Part shown: positions 1 through 9,646 of the stretch, in pieces
Position numbering within the stretch: the first letter of the stretch is position 1
Layout: each line of letters opens with the position of its first letter
Origin: an uncultured Gammaproteobacteria bacterium
Lineage (GTDB): Bacteria > Patescibacteriota > Patescibacteriia > Magasanikbacterales > UBA922
Direction: 5' to 3'
DNA length: 64,000 nt
Assembly: GCA_964447765.1 (NCBI GenBank)
Contig: CAYUTO010000004.1
Location: 93,790 to 157,789 of the forward strand
Notes under the pieces: model-generated
What the model was told of the DNA's origin: nothing
Seen by the model: the letters and a program-made list of their open reading frames with translations, nothing else
Databases searched by the model: none
Position numbers and translations under genes: made by a program

Positions 1-88
1 AAAGCGATAGTCCGAACAACTGATTGGTACAGCAAGTCTTCCATATAGAGGGTAGTGTACCTAAAAGCAACCCAAAGCAAAAGCCCGC

Positions 89-385
89 TTATGAGCGGGC
101 TTCATCTTCGACCAATCCGAGAGGGTTAGTTGGGTTTATTGACATAGATATTGCAGATTTTTCAAATTCTTCAAGAACCCTATCTTCCACAAACATTTTA
201 TCTTCTTCGTAGCGTACTACTTGTTCCCGTGCAATCGTATAGGTTCGATGTAGTAGTGAGGAAACCAGATATTCACGAATTAATCCCGAGTCGAGATCAA
301 ATGAAATATCCTTAACTTTACCTACGTTTTTACCGGACGTAGTATACACATGCATTTTCAAAACCTTTGAACATGCAAGTTTCAT
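89..385 (-). CDS. PRC-barrel domain protein (YlmC/YmxH-like); true start probably the internal MHVYTTSGKNVGKV
   Basis: G-x-VG-x-V-x-D-x-x-FD...G-x-I pattern typical of PRC barrel; a terminator hairpin overlaps the stop codon. Confidence 0.5.
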   Translation of the reverse strand: MKLACSKVLKMHVYTTSGKNVGKVKDISFDLDSGLIREYLVSSLLHRTYTIAREQVVRYEEDKMFVEDRVLEEFEKSAISMSINPTNPLGLVEDEARS

Positions 386-394
386 ATAAATAAA

Positions 395-1174
395 TTAAGA
401 AACAATCTTACCCTCAATAACATTTGAATCTTTTCCACTGCCCGTTGGTGGTGTATCTTTTCTAAACAAAATCCATTGCTGAATTACTGCGAGTAGGGTT
501 CTGAAAAACCAGTACAACACCACACCGGCAGGAAACTGGAAACCAATAATAATAGTCAAAATCGGCATCATATAGAGCATCTGCTTATTCATCATCGCAG
601 CCATACTCTCATCTTTGGACCCTTCACCTGCAACAGCAGGTGGACGCTTGGTCATAAGCATTTTTGTCTGCACAAACTGTGCTGCTCCTGCTAACACCGC
701 AAGTACTGCGCTCTTCCCTGCTAAATTGAAAATTCCCAAACTTACAGGATCAATAGACCCTGGATTCGCAACAAAAGGATACAACAATTCAAACGACGTA
801 TCTTTAAAAGCGTTTTGAAATACATAAAACAACGCAAGAAAAATAGGAATTTGAGCAAGTACTGGAAGACATGATCCAAATGGATTAATCTTGTTATCCT
901 TATACAGCTTCATGGTTTCAGCTGCCAATTTCTGTTGATCCTCCTTGTGCTCTTTTTTAAGCTTTTCAAGCTTTGGCTGCAAATCAGCCATCACCTTTTG
1001 CGCACGGATAGACTTATTATTTAATGGATATAAAAGAAGTTGGAACAAAATAGTAATAAGCAAAATCGCGATTCCTACATCGCCAACCAAATTATAAAAC
1101 CAGACAAAGAGGTTGAATATAGGCTGGTAAATAATAGTCGTAAACAGCTCTTTCATAACAAATAATTTATACAT
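395..1174 (-). CDS. yidC: Membrane protein insertase YidC/Oxa1 family
   Basis: Multi-TM protein with the YidC motif region (KLYKDNKINPFGSCLPVLAQIPIFLALF). Confidence 0.85.
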   Translation of the reverse strand: MYKLFVMKELFTTIIYQPIFNLFVWFYNLVGDVGIAILLITILFQLLLYPLNNKSIRAQKVMADLQPKLEKLKKEHKEDQQKLAAETMKLYKDNKINPFGSCLPVLAQIPIFLALFYVFQNAFKDTSFELLYPFVANPGSIDPVSLGIFNLAGKSAVLAVLAGAAQFVQTKMLMTKRPPAVAGEGSKDESMAAMMNKQMLYMMPILTIIIGFQFPAGVVLYWFFRTLLAVIQQWILFRKDTPPTGSGKDSNVIEGKIVS

Positions 1175-1264
1175 TATTCACTCAGTATAGCACGCGGTGA
1201 GGGCAAAATCAAGCAGTGCTCATAGCCTCCTATGATGAACAGCAACATAGGGTTAAAACAAAAA

Positions 1265-1286
1265 AACTCCCCGATTAAGGGGAGTT
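1265..1286 (-). terminator. Terminator aactcccc-gattaa-ggggagtt downstream of nusA
   Basis: Perfect 8-bp stem with flanking A/T runs. Confidence 0.6.
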
Positions 1287-1315
1287 TTGATTGAATTTTT
1301 TTGCATCAATACTAT

Positions 1316-2620
1316 TTACTCTGCTTTTGGAGCCTCTTCAGTAACAACTTCTTCAGCAGGTGATTCTACAGGTGTCTCAGTCTCTTCAACTTTTTCCACT
1401 TCTGATGCTGCAACTTCACCCTCTACAGGTTTCTCGAGAACCACTTCTCCATCCTCACTCGTTACTACCTGAGTTCCATCTTTTTCAACTACTTTAATTT
1501 TCCAGCCCGTAAGCTCAGCCGCAAGACGTACATTTTGTCCGCCACGTCCGATTGCAAGTGAGAATTGGTCTGATTCTACCTTCACAATCGCTTGCTTATC
1601 AGCTTCGTCGAGCTCGACACTTGCAACTTTTGCAGGAGACAACGCTGCTTTGATATAGTCTGCAGCATTTTCATTGTAAAGAATGACATCAATTTTTTCT
1701 CCAGCGAGCTCATCAATAATCGTCGTAATACGACTTCCACGCTGTCCAACACATGATCCAATTGGGTCAATAGATTCATCATCAGTAGCTACCGCCACTT
1801 TTGATCGATTTCCTGGATCGCGCGCAATACCTTTGATCACCACTTCACCAGAGGTAATTTCGGGAATTTCTTGTTCAAATACAAATGACACCATGCGTTT
1901 GTCTTTTCTCGAAAGAATAATTTCAGGACCACGAATTCCAAGGGCCACTGAAGAAACAAAAAATTTCATTTTATTACCCAGTGTATAGCGTTCACGAAAT
2001 ACGGTCTCACTTTGAGGCAAGATACCGGTAATTTTACCGAGGTCAATTACGTATCCGCCAGTATGACGATCACGTCTCTGTACAATTCCCTGTACAATAT
2101 GTCCTTCTTGTTTTTTGAAATCTTCAAACACTGAACTGCGTTCAGCTTCACGGAGTTTCTGAATAATTACCTGTTTTGCGGTTTGTGCTGCCATGCGACC
2201 AAAATCTCCCGGTACCTCAAGATCAATTTTGAGCGTATCTCCCAATTTCACACTCTTCTTATGCTCTTTAGCCTCACTAATCATGATCTGAGTTTTTGGA
2301 TTAAAACGTACCAAATCAGCAATCTCTTCTTCAGAAAGATCGCGACCTTCTTTTCGTATTTCCTCGCGTCGACGAGTAAGTTCTTCCTGATCATGAAGCA
2401 AGGTTTCCTCAGCAATATCCTCTACCACTTCCTTTTCATCCCACACCTTCATATCCCCTGTTTCAGGATCAAAGACTACCTGGATATTCTGCTGCTTGTT
2501 TCCAAAATCTTTGCGATACGCAGCACCAAGTGCTGACTGAAGAGCCTCCATTACGATATCGTACTGAAGACCTTTCTCGTCACAAATAAACTGAATGCTT
2601 TTACTAATTTCTGATGACAT
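1316..2620 (-). CDS. nusA: Transcription termination/antitermination factor NusA
   Basis: N-terminal NusA domain, S1 and two KH domains, acidic C-terminal tail; terminator hairpin downstream at 1265-1286. Confidence 0.9.
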   Translation of the reverse strand: MSSEISKSIQFICDEKGLQYDIVMEALQSALGAAYRKDFGNKQQNIQVVFDPETGDMKVWDEKEVVEDIAEETLLHDQEELTRRREEIRKEGRDLSEEEIADLVRFNPKTQIMISEAKEHKKSVKLGDTLKIDLEVPGDFGRMAAQTAKQVIIQKLREAERSSVFEDFKKQEGHIVQGIVQRRDRHTGGYVIDLGKITGILPQSETVFRERYTLGNKMKFFVSSVALGIRGPEIILSRKDKRMVSFVFEQEIPEITSGEVVIKGIARDPGNRSKVAVATDDESIDPIGSCVGQRGSRITTIIDELAGEKIDVILYNENAADYIKAALSPAKVASVELDEADKQAIVKVESDQFSLAIGRGGQNVRLAAELTGWKIKVVEKDGTQVVTSEDGEVVLEKPVEGEVAASEVEKVEETETPVESPAEEVVTEEAPKAE

Positions 2621-2746
2621 ACAACACTACTAGTTAATTAAAATAATTTTGAGTTTAAAAAAAGCAGCATTTGATGATGCTACTTACATAGAGAATACTA
2701 CCACAGAAGTAAACTTTTGTCAAGAATAACATGCCCAAACAATAGG

Positions 2747-3133
2747 TTATTTCACTATCTCATAATGAAAAATTTTTTGCTCTTCCCCTTCGCCATAAAT
2801 ACTCACCTGTTCAAACTGTATGGGCGTATGTTCACTATCAACCCCATATTCAATACAATAGGCTTCTGCCCCACGGAGCATATGCAGCTGCTTCTTCCTT
2901 CCTACCGACCGCTCAGCACTTCCGTCATCAGCCGAACGATACTTTACTTCAATAAAACAAAGTGTTCGACCAAAATATGACTTAGTGTGCCAGGCCACAA
3001 TATCAATTTCTCCAAAACGTTTTGCAAAATTACGCCCCACGATTTCATAACCTGCTTGTAACAAAAAATCGGCAGCTATGCGCTCGCCTTTAGTGCCAAT
3101 TTTTCGTTTATCTTCCCTCCTTCTGAAATACAT
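2747..3133 (-). CDS. YraN-family endonuclease (UPF0102)
   Basis: GERIAADFL...YEIVGRNF...GEIDIV...FIEVKYR motif set of YraN/Holliday-junction-resolvase-like PD-(D/E)xK proteins. Confidence 0.7.
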   Translation of the reverse strand: MYFRRREDKRKIGTKGERIAADFLLQAGYEIVGRNFAKRFGEIDIVAWHTKSYFGRTLCFIEVKYRSADDGSAERSVGRKKQLHMLRGAEAYCIEYGVDSEHTPIQFEQVSIYGEGEEQKIFHYEIVK

Positions 3134-3202
3134 ACAAGACTGAAAATTGAAGATTAAAAATACAATCACAATCTTTAATCTTCAGTCTTCAATCTTTCCC
3201 GA

Positions 3203-3757
3203 CTATCCCCGAAACAATACAACTACACGATGGTACGGACCAGTCTTCGCATCTTCCTGAACACCAAAATTATTCTTTCGTGCCCATGAAATAATGTGCG
3301 AAAAATCAACCATGTTATTACTCGAAGGACCAAGTACTGATAATTTTTTTGTCCAATCGGCGACAATAATTCGGCCTTTTTCTTTGAGTACACGAGCAGC
3401 CTCAGCAAGCGGGGTATCGTATGAATCAAAGTGATACAACACGTTGATAAAAAAAGCAGTATCAAGAGTCCCTACAGGAATTGCCAACCCCTGTGTTTGC
3501 CCCAAATCAGCCCACACAGTCTGAACATTGTGAATCGCTTCAGTAGCTGCACGTTTTCGAACAGACTCAAGCACATCTTTGAGTACATCTACCGCATACA
3601 CAACACCGCGATCACCAACCATTTTTGATGCTGGAAAAACGACATGCCCCGTTCGACCACAACCCATATCAGCAATGTGCATTCCTTCGACAATTCCACC
3701 TTTAGCAAGTAGTGCGTATGGATCAATAAGATGTGTTCCCGTATGATATGTCATAGA
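3203..3757 (-). CDS. Class I SAM-dependent methyltransferase
   Basis: Motif I region MHIADMGCGRTGH, VYAVDV, and the downstream acidic/hydrophobic motifs of the Rossmann methyltransferase fold. Confidence 0.7.
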   Translation of the reverse strand, partial: SMTYHTGTHLIDPYALLAKGGIVEGMHIADMGCGRTGHVVFPASKMVGDRGVVYAVDVLKDVLESVRKRAATEAIHNVQTVWADLGQTQGLAIPVGTLDTAFFINVLYHFDSYDTPLAEAARVLKEKGRIIVADWTKKLSVLGPSSNNMVDFSHIISWARKNNFGVQEDAKTGPYHRVVVLFRG

Positions 3758-3834
3758 TAAAAGTCTATAAAGTCTCAAAGTCTATAAAGTCTCAAAGTCC
3801 GACTAGTAATGTATTTACTTTATGACTTTCGCCG

Positions 3835-3853
3835 TGCCTGCCGGCAGGCAGGA
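3835..3853. repeat. Copy of the CCTGCCGGCAGG palindromic element
   Basis: Intergenic, downstream of the small membrane protein gene. Confidence 0.5.
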
Positions 3854-3869
3854 CTTTTAGACTTGCTGA

Positions 3870-4118
3870 CTATTGTGATCCACCAATAAAAAGATTACCA
3901 AAAATTCCCACGATCATCTCACCCAATGCCCCAGTCATTCCAAGTATAGAGCCTACAATAAATATAATCCCTAAGCCTTTATACATTATACGAGTTCCTC
4001 CGCCACCAAATTTTGATTCAGCCCAATCGCTATATCCAAAATTTTCAATAAACCACTGGGTCTTTGCAACCATAAGAGTACCTAATACAATCACGAGAAC
4101 TCCTAGAAAATATTTCAT
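3870..4118 (-). CDS. Small 2-3 TM membrane protein, unknown function
   Basis: Hydrophobic 82-aa ORF followed by a palindromic terminator. Confidence 0.45.
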   Translation of the reverse strand: MKYFLGVLVIVLGTLMVAKTQWFIENFGYSDWAESKFGGGGTRIMYKGLGIIFIVGSILGMTGALGEMIVGIFGNLFIGGSQ

Positions 4119-4124
4119 AAAACC

Positions 4125-5696
4125 TTATTGAAAAGTGACAGGTACGGAATAGGTATAGTCATGCTCTGGAAGACCCGATGGATTATCCTTGATAAAAGAA
4201 ATTTTTCCTGTTGGAGTAGTTGGACTATCGATAAATGAAACAGTCACCGAAAATGGAACATACTCAGTCGTCATCCAATCAGATTGAGCTTGAGCAATTC
4301 CCTGAGCCACGATTGTACCAATATCATCAGTCACCACTACAGGAAAGCTTGCTTCAAAATACATCGTTCCACGTGCTTTTCCCGTAAAAATGATTGACGG
4401 AGCAGAAGTATCGTAGATATACGGTTCGATAATATCAACCGAAATCAAATCAGGTTCCTCAACTTCTGAAGGAATATCAGTTGCACCCATTACTTTATAG
4501 ATAACTCCTGCATGATCATCACTCACATACAATGACCCGTTCATAAATTTCAAATCTACCGGACGACCTAATGATTTTTTCTCCTTCGTCAGCCATCCTT
4601 CCATAAACGGTTCCTCACCTACAATCTGCCCATTTTTATCAAGCATAATACGCTCAATGGAATATCCTACAGGCACGCTTCGATTCCATGATCCATGGTA
4701 TGCAACGAGAAGATCATTCCAGTACTCTTCAGGCCAAAAACTTTCTTCAGGAATAAAGGCGAGTCCCAATGGAGCAACGTGTGCCGGCAAATCATAAAAA
4801 CTGGCGACTGTATGAGCGCACGGATCCATGATATACGTATTTTTATCAAAATTACTGTCATGTATTCGATTACCAAAACACACCGGCCAACCATAATTTT
4901 TTCCTTCCTCAATAATATTAAGCTCATCTGGTGGAATATTATCACCCAACAAATCACGTCCCATCTCAGTTGCCCACACTTTTCCATTTACTGGATCAGT
5001 GGCCATGAATACTGAATTTCTGAGACCGATTGCATAGGGCGTCAATGTCCACGTATCACCATTTTTTTGCAATTTTTGAATTGATGCATTAAGTGAAGAG
5101 TCTTCATTACACACATTGCACGAAGACCCAATTGAGACGAGTATTTCCTGATTCGGAGTATACGCAAGTGAACGAGTATAGTGAATTCCCTTACCTGTCT
5201 GGAGCTCAACCAATGTAGTGAGGTCAGTCGAAGCAAAGGAAACTGGTTCATTAGTACCAGAAACACGAGTAATTTCAATTGAAGAAATTCGATTCTCTTC
5301 AGCAATATAGAGGATATTAGGATTCTCAATACCAAATAATAGTCCATGTGGATTAGTAAGTCCGGTAACGACATCTATAGTTCGTACCGCTTTTCCATTT
5401 TCCACAATAACCGCCGATATCTTCCCCTCCTTAGTACGTGAGACCCACACATTACCAAATTGATCGAAAGCAAGTACGCGAGCGCCACCCAAATCTCGCG
5501 CAAATACTTCAACAGAAAATCCTTCAGGAAAAGTAAGCACCTCCTCGGCATTTGTATCAACCACATCAGCAATAGGATACGGAGGATCACTGATTGCAGG
5601 CCCTACCCCTCGAAGATGCTTATAATAAAAAACACCAATATAAGTGCTGAGTCCAAGCGCCAGAAGTATAGGAACAATGATAAAAATTTTTTTCAT
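4125..5696 (-). CDS. Secreted PQQ-dependent sugar dehydrogenase-like beta-propeller protein (GSDH/YliI family) with C-terminal Ig-like domain
   Basis: Signal-peptide-like N-terminus MKKIFIIVPILLALG; repeated propeller blades (GLAF, GWP, HxxxG motifs). Confidence 0.5.
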   Translation of the reverse strand: MKKIFIIVPILLALGLSTYIGVFYYKHLRGVGPAISDPPYPIADVVDTNAEEVLTFPEGFSVEVFARDLGGARVLAFDQFGNVWVSRTKEGKISAVIVENGKAVRTIDVVTGLTNPHGLLFGIENPNILYIAEENRISSIEITRVSGTNEPVSFASTDLTTLVELQTGKGIHYTRSLAYTPNQEILVSIGSSCNVCNEDSSLNASIQKLQKNGDTWTLTPYAIGLRNSVFMATDPVNGKVWATEMGRDLLGDNIPPDELNIIEEGKNYGWPVCFGNRIHDSNFDKNTYIMDPCAHTVASFYDLPAHVAPLGLAFIPEESFWPEEYWNDLLVAYHGSWNRSVPVGYSIERIMLDKNGQIVGEEPFMEGWLTKEKKSLGRPVDLKFMNGSLYVSDDHAGVIYKVMGATDIPSEVEEPDLISVDIIEPYIYDTSAPSIIFTGKARGTMYFEASFPVVVTDDIGTIVAQGIAQAQSDWMTTEYVPFSVTVSFIDSPTTPTGKISFIKDNPSGLPEHDYTYSVPVTFQ

Positions 5697-5700
5697 ACAC

Positions 5701-6480
5701 TTAGGTTTCAAGAATAAAGCGTCGCAATGCTCGTCCAACAAAAAAGGTAGTTGTAGCACGTGCAGAGAAATGCCCTCCCGTTCGCACCAATCGATGTTTA
5801 CACGGAACGTTGCTAAGAAATTTTTCTACTGCATCATATGACACTATCATATCATCTTTTGCGTGCATAATAAATATTTTCTCTGGGTTATACTCCCCTA
5901 CATGTGTAATAGGATTAAAAAATTGGTCGTCAACTCCGAGCTGATTAAAATCCGAATCAGAAAAACGATACGCTTCTCCAAAGACATTACGTATATATTC
6001 TCGTAAATTTGATAACGGTTCCTGGGGTCGATAAATTTCCTCTTTCCAATCGATCACAGGAGAAACAGCAATCACTTTATCAACTTCAGGATGGAGAGAT
6101 GCGAGTAGAGCGACAGCACCTCCAAAACTAGCCCCAATAATCGTGACATGAGTAATCTTCAAATGATCAGGCAATGAAGATGTCTTTTTTCGTGTGGGTA
6201 TTAAAATCCCATTTTTAATAGTTCGCGCAACCTCCAAAATATCGTTAGTTGGGTCATGATCTAAAAACCTTCCGGAACTCTCCCAGGTGCCTTTATACCG
6301 AGGATGGAACACCCAAAAACCTCGCTTTGACCAATAACCAAGCACATGTCGTTTGGAAGGAACACTCGGCAAACCATCACATACCACAATAGCATGATCA
6401 CTACTCAGACTACGCGGTGGGAGAAATTCAGTAACAATATCAGTATTAATGCGGAGGCGCATTGGTTTCATAGAGATCAA
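5701..6480 (-). CDS. Alpha/beta hydrolase fold protein
   Basis: Nucleophile elbow GASFGG, downstream Asp and His in the order expected for an alpha/beta hydrolase. Confidence 0.65.
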   Translation of the reverse strand: MISMKPMRLRINTDIVTEFLPPRSLSSDHAIVVCDGLPSVPSKRHVLGYWSKRGFWVFHPRYKGTWESSGRFLDHDPTNDILEVARTIKNGILIPTRKKTSSLPDHLKITHVTIIGASFGGAVALLASLHPEVDKVIAVSPVIDWKEEIYRPQEPLSNLREYIRNVFGEAYRFSDSDFNQLGVDDQFFNPITHVGEYNPEKIFIMHAKDDMIVSYDAVEKFLSNVPCKHRLVRTGGHFSARATTTFFVGRALRRFILET

Positions 6481-6542
6481 TTAACAGTTACCGACGAACA
6501 AAAATTCTAATTTGTTAATTGCTAATTACGTATTATTCATTT

Positions 6543-7307
6543 CTAGGTCCGGAGTCTCCACCCAATCGAAAACAATCTCCACACCAATCCTCCAAAGAGA
6601 ACTATGAGACCAATAATAACAAACCAGCCGATGAGAGCACTTCCCTCTCTAATTCCAACCATAGCGTACCGAAGTCCATCAACAAAATAGAAAAATGGAT
6701 TGAATTGCACAAAAATCTGTAATTTCTCAGGGAGCATCGTAATAGAATTGAACACTCCACCAAGAAACGTAAGCGGGGTAATAATAAATACACTCAATAC
6801 CGACAGCTGTTCAAAATTTTGTGCCCACAATGCAACAAGAAGCCCAAGAAGCGAAAAAATAATCGCGACTGCAATCGTATACAAAAGAAATAAACCGAGA
6901 TGACTAATAGTGGCCGCACTAAAAATAAGCGCGATTACATACACGCCAATCCCAACAATCACCCCGCGCGCAACCCCGCCGACTACATAGCCCGTAATCA
7001 TTTCAAAGTGAGAGAGGGGTGCTACCAATACTTCTTCAATATGCTTTGCAAACCGTTGAAAATACAGTGACGATGAAGTCTGAGCAAAAGAAGAACCAAT
7101 AAGATTAAGCATAAGGATTCCAGGAAGCACAAAATCAATATACGTAACTCCTGCAATGAGATCAATGTTACCACCCACAACTACACCAAAAATCAGGATA
7201 TAGAGGAGCGCATTTATCCATGGAGAAAGAAGCGTCTGGATATACACCCGAAACGATCGCTGTATTTCCCGCTCAATAAATGTTTGAAGACCAATAATAT
7301 TCATCAT
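6543..7307 (-). CDS. ABC-2 family transporter permease
   Basis: 6-TM protein with ABC-2 type topology, immediately downstream of an ABC ATPase. Confidence 0.7.
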   Translation of the reverse strand: MMNIIGLQTFIEREIQRSFRVYIQTLLSPWINALLYILIFGVVVGGNIDLIAGVTYIDFVLPGILMLNLIGSSFAQTSSSLYFQRFAKHIEEVLVAPLSHFEMITGYVVGGVARGVIVGIGVYVIALIFSAATISHLGLFLLYTIAVAIIFSLLGLLVALWAQNFEQLSVLSVFIITPLTFLGGVFNSITMLPEKLQIFVQFNPFFYFVDGLRYAMVGIREGSALIGWFVIIGLIVLFGGLVWRLFSIGWRLRT

Positions 7308-7318
7308 AAAAAAAGAAG

Positions 7319-8041
7319 TTATTTTTTCTTTGCAGTAAGCGAAAGAAATTTCGCTTCGAGACTACCGCCATCTTTTACAAAGTCAGACTTAGGAGCATCC
7401 GCAATAATTTTCCCCCCATCAATAATTGCAATTCGCTGGCAAAGCTCCTCAACTTCCTCAAGATAGTGAGAAGTAAACATAATTGTTTTTCCAGCCGCAT
7501 TAATTTTTTTCAAATATTCCCACAATTCAAGTCGAAGTTCCACATCGACTCCCGCAGTTGGCTCATCAAGAATCAGAAGTTTCGGATCATGAATCATAGC
7601 GCGTGCGAGAAGTACCCGACGCTTGAGCCCACCAGAAAGTTGCATAAAAGTCTTTTCTTTGTGAGATTCCAAATCCAAGATTTTAAAAAGTTCTTTTATT
7701 CTGATCTTTCTCTGTTCTTTAGTCATTCCATAATACCCACCTACATACCATAATATTTTCTCTGCAGGAGCAAAAATATCCATATTGAATTCTTGAGGAG
7801 CAAGTCCAACAAGCATTCGAGCTTCTCTATAATCTTTTTCAACATCCTTACCAAACACTTTAATCGTTCCAGAAGTAATCCGACCAATACCCGTAATAGC
7901 ACTAATCGTAGTAGTTTTCCCTGCCCCATTTCTTCCCAAAAAACCAAAAAACTCGCCTGGTTCAACGGTCAGAGAAATATTATCGACTGCAGTAGCTTCA
8001 CCATATTTCTTGGTAAAGTTCGTTATCTCAAGTGCGTGCAT
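7319..8041 (-). CDS. ABC transporter ATP-binding protein
   Basis: Walker A GRNGAGKTT, signature LSGGLKRR, Walker B LILDEPTAGVD; the ORF-track N-terminal extension reads through the palindrome at 8058-8079 and is rejected. Confidence 0.85.
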   Translation of the reverse strand: MHALEITNFTKKYGEATAVDNISLTVEPGEFFGFLGRNGAGKTTTISAITGIGRITSGTIKVFGKDVEKDYREARMLVGLAPQEFNMDIFAPAEKILWYVGGYYGMTKEQRKIRIKELFKILDLESHKEKTFMQLSGGLKRRVLLARAMIHDPKLLILDEPTAGVDVELRLELWEYLKKINAAGKTIMFTSHYLEEVEELCQRIAIIDGGKIIADAPKSDFVKDGGSLEAKFLSLTAKKK

Positions 8042-8057
8042 ACAACAAAATAAAAAG

Positions 8058-8079
8058 TCCTGCCTGCCGGCAGGCAGGA
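8058..8079. terminator. Perfect 22-bp palindrome tcctgcctgccggcaggcagga (bidirectional terminator; member of a repeated palindromic element family)
   Basis: Also present at 3835-3853 (tgcctgccggcaggca) and as a one-mismatch variant at 46381-46401, always intergenic at gene 3' ends. Confidence 0.55.
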
Positions 8080-8169
8080 AAAACACAAAAATAAAAAAAG
8101 AAACAATAGTAAGACTAACTATAGCACCAAAGACATATATAATCAAGCTAAAAAATAGCTCAAATAAGC

Positions 8170-8895
8170 CTACATTTTAACTACTGCCTCGATCAATTTT
8201 TGAGAATTTGGATCATCCTTATACGAATGCTCAGGATGCCATTGCACGCCAAAAATCTGATACTCCTCATGTTCGATTGCCTCAATAATTCCATCAGTAC
8301 TAGTTGCTGAAATTTTGAAACCTTTTCCTAATTTCTTTACACTCTGATTATGGAGCGAGGTGACCCAAATACATGCAGAGTCGCCATAAATACGTGAGAG
8401 AAAAGAATCTGGCTCAACCTGGATCTCATGCGATAATTTCTTTTTTTCGCTATCAGGCTCTCGATGCTGAAGCGTGGAATTCGATTCATAATCATGATGC
8501 AGATTCTGATAAAGGGAACCTCCAAAAAATACATTAATGATCTGCATTCCTCGACAGATTCCAAATACAGGTTTGTTTTCGAGAATTGCAGCTTCGAGCA
8601 GATTGAACTCGATTCGATCGCGATAACTATAGCATTTAATAGTGGGATGTTTCACTTCTTCACCGTACAATTTAGTATCAACATCATCACCGCCAGTAAG
8701 TACCACCATATCAACCATTCGAACCATTTCTCGCAGCTCAGCAGTGGTAAATTCAATTGCAGGCACAATAACAGGAATAGCTCCTTCGGCATGAAACGGA
8801 AACACTTTGTAGTCCTGCACAATGACCGATGGATACCCAAAAAATTTCTCAGCCTCTGCTTCATTATGGTGGGATGTAATAAGAATTTTTTTCAT
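8170..8895 (-). CDS. Class I glutamine amidotransferase-like / peptidase C26 (gamma-glutamyl hydrolase-like)
   Basis: GICRGMQ catalytic Cys motif and HPE His-Glu pair typical of the C26/PuuD family. Confidence 0.65.
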   Translation of the reverse strand: MKKILITSHHNEAEAEKFFGYPSVIVQDYKVFPFHAEGAIPVIVPAIEFTTAELREMVRMVDMVVLTGGDDVDTKLYGEEVKHPTIKCYSYRDRIEFNLLEAAILENKPVFGICRGMQIINVFFGGSLYQNLHHDYESNSTLQHREPDSEKKKLSHEIQVEPDSFLSRIYGDSACIWVTSLHNQSVKKLGKGFKISATSTDGIIEAIEHEEYQIFGVQWHPEHSYKDDPNSQKLIEAVVKM

Positions 8896-8987
8896 AGCTA
8901 AAAAAGAAAAAGCGGCTACTATAAGCCACATAAAACTAAAGATACAAGATGATTATCCCCTTGTCAACGATGACACAGATAAAAAAA

Positions 8988-9530
8988 CTACCGAACAAAA
9001 CAGCCACGACACAAAGGTTCGTAAGTAAACGTGCCATCATCAGGAATGACCGATGGCATCCCACTAGTAAGAGCTTTCCCCAAACTATACACCTGCGTAT
9101 GCGTTGCAGAAAAATTCTTACAATCATTACACACTGCTCGCTTGTACTTCACATCACGAGGACCAAGCTCAAACAATTTTTTAGTCATTTCAAACAACTC
9201 ACCCCGATAATCAGTATCAAGTCCAGAGACAATCACATCAGTGCCTCGAGACAACAGTTCACCAATATATACGGCATCGGACGGATCAAACATGTGTATT
9301 TCATCGATACCCACAACAGAAAAATCCTTAGCCAAAATTTCTTTCAGAGAATGTATTTTTTCAGCTTCAAGAAAAAGCCCACTTCGTGACTCGATTCCAC
9401 TATCACGCACATTGCGAATAGGCTGAAAGAGCCCATACGAAGAAGTGGAATATTTGAGTGGTGAAAAATGACTGATAAGATCAAACGATTTTCCACTTTT
9501 CATGGGACCAAGAATGAGGGTGAGATGCAT
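8988..9530 (-). CDS. tdk: Thymidine kinase
   Basis: P-loop GPMKSGKS, conserved DEIHMF, C-terminal Zn ribbon CxxC...CxxC. Confidence 0.85.
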   Translation of the reverse strand: MHLTLILGPMKSGKSFDLISHFSPLKYSTSSYGLFQPIRNVRDSGIESRSGLFLEAEKIHSLKEILAKDFSVVGIDEIHMFDPSDAVYIGELLSRGTDVIVSGLDTDYRGELFEMTKKLFELGPRDVKYKRAVCNDCKNFSATHTQVYSLGKALTSGMPSVIPDDGTFTYEPLCRGCFVR

Positions 9531-9602
9531 AAAACTTATCTAGATGTTTGAAAAAATAATGCTTTAACAGACCTAGTGTATCATGCCCTATAAATAAAAA
9601 AA

Positions 9603-9621
9603 GTCCCGACTGAGTCGGGAA
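9603..9621 (-). terminator. Rho-independent-type hairpin tcccgac-tga-gtcggga
   Basis: Perfect 7-bp GC-rich stem flanked by A/T runs. Confidence 0.5.
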
Positions 9622-9646
9622 CCAATTTTATTCTTCGATTATTCTG

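Noticed and set aside
24-212. 62-aa plus-strand ORF at the window start, and many other short antisense ORFs in the track (e.g. 615..818, 1683..1988, 2183..2536, 4695..5015, 23890..24588, 34606..35076, 35314..35607)
   Set aside because: All are nested antisense to long, well-supported genes and lack RBS or terminators; treated as frame noise.
3166-3203. Inverted repeat tgaagattaaa-n16-tttaatcttca between the methyltransferase and YraN genes as a mobile-element end
   Set aside because: There is a single copy with no partner or transposase nearby. It is most simply an intergenic attenuator/terminator hairpin for the upstream minus-strand gene.
4125-5759. Exact start-codon coordinate of the GSDH-like gene
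   Set aside because: My manual reverse-complement reading around 5693-5702 was off by one frame relative to the ORF track, so I only give an approximate start (about 5696) rather than claim a precise one.
7319-8146. ORF-track N-terminal extension of the ABC ATPase (MIIYVFGAIVSL...LPAGRQD)
   Set aside because: The extension reads straight through the 22-bp intergenic palindrome (LPAGRQ = cctgccggcagg); the real start is the ATG at 8041 (MHALEITNF).
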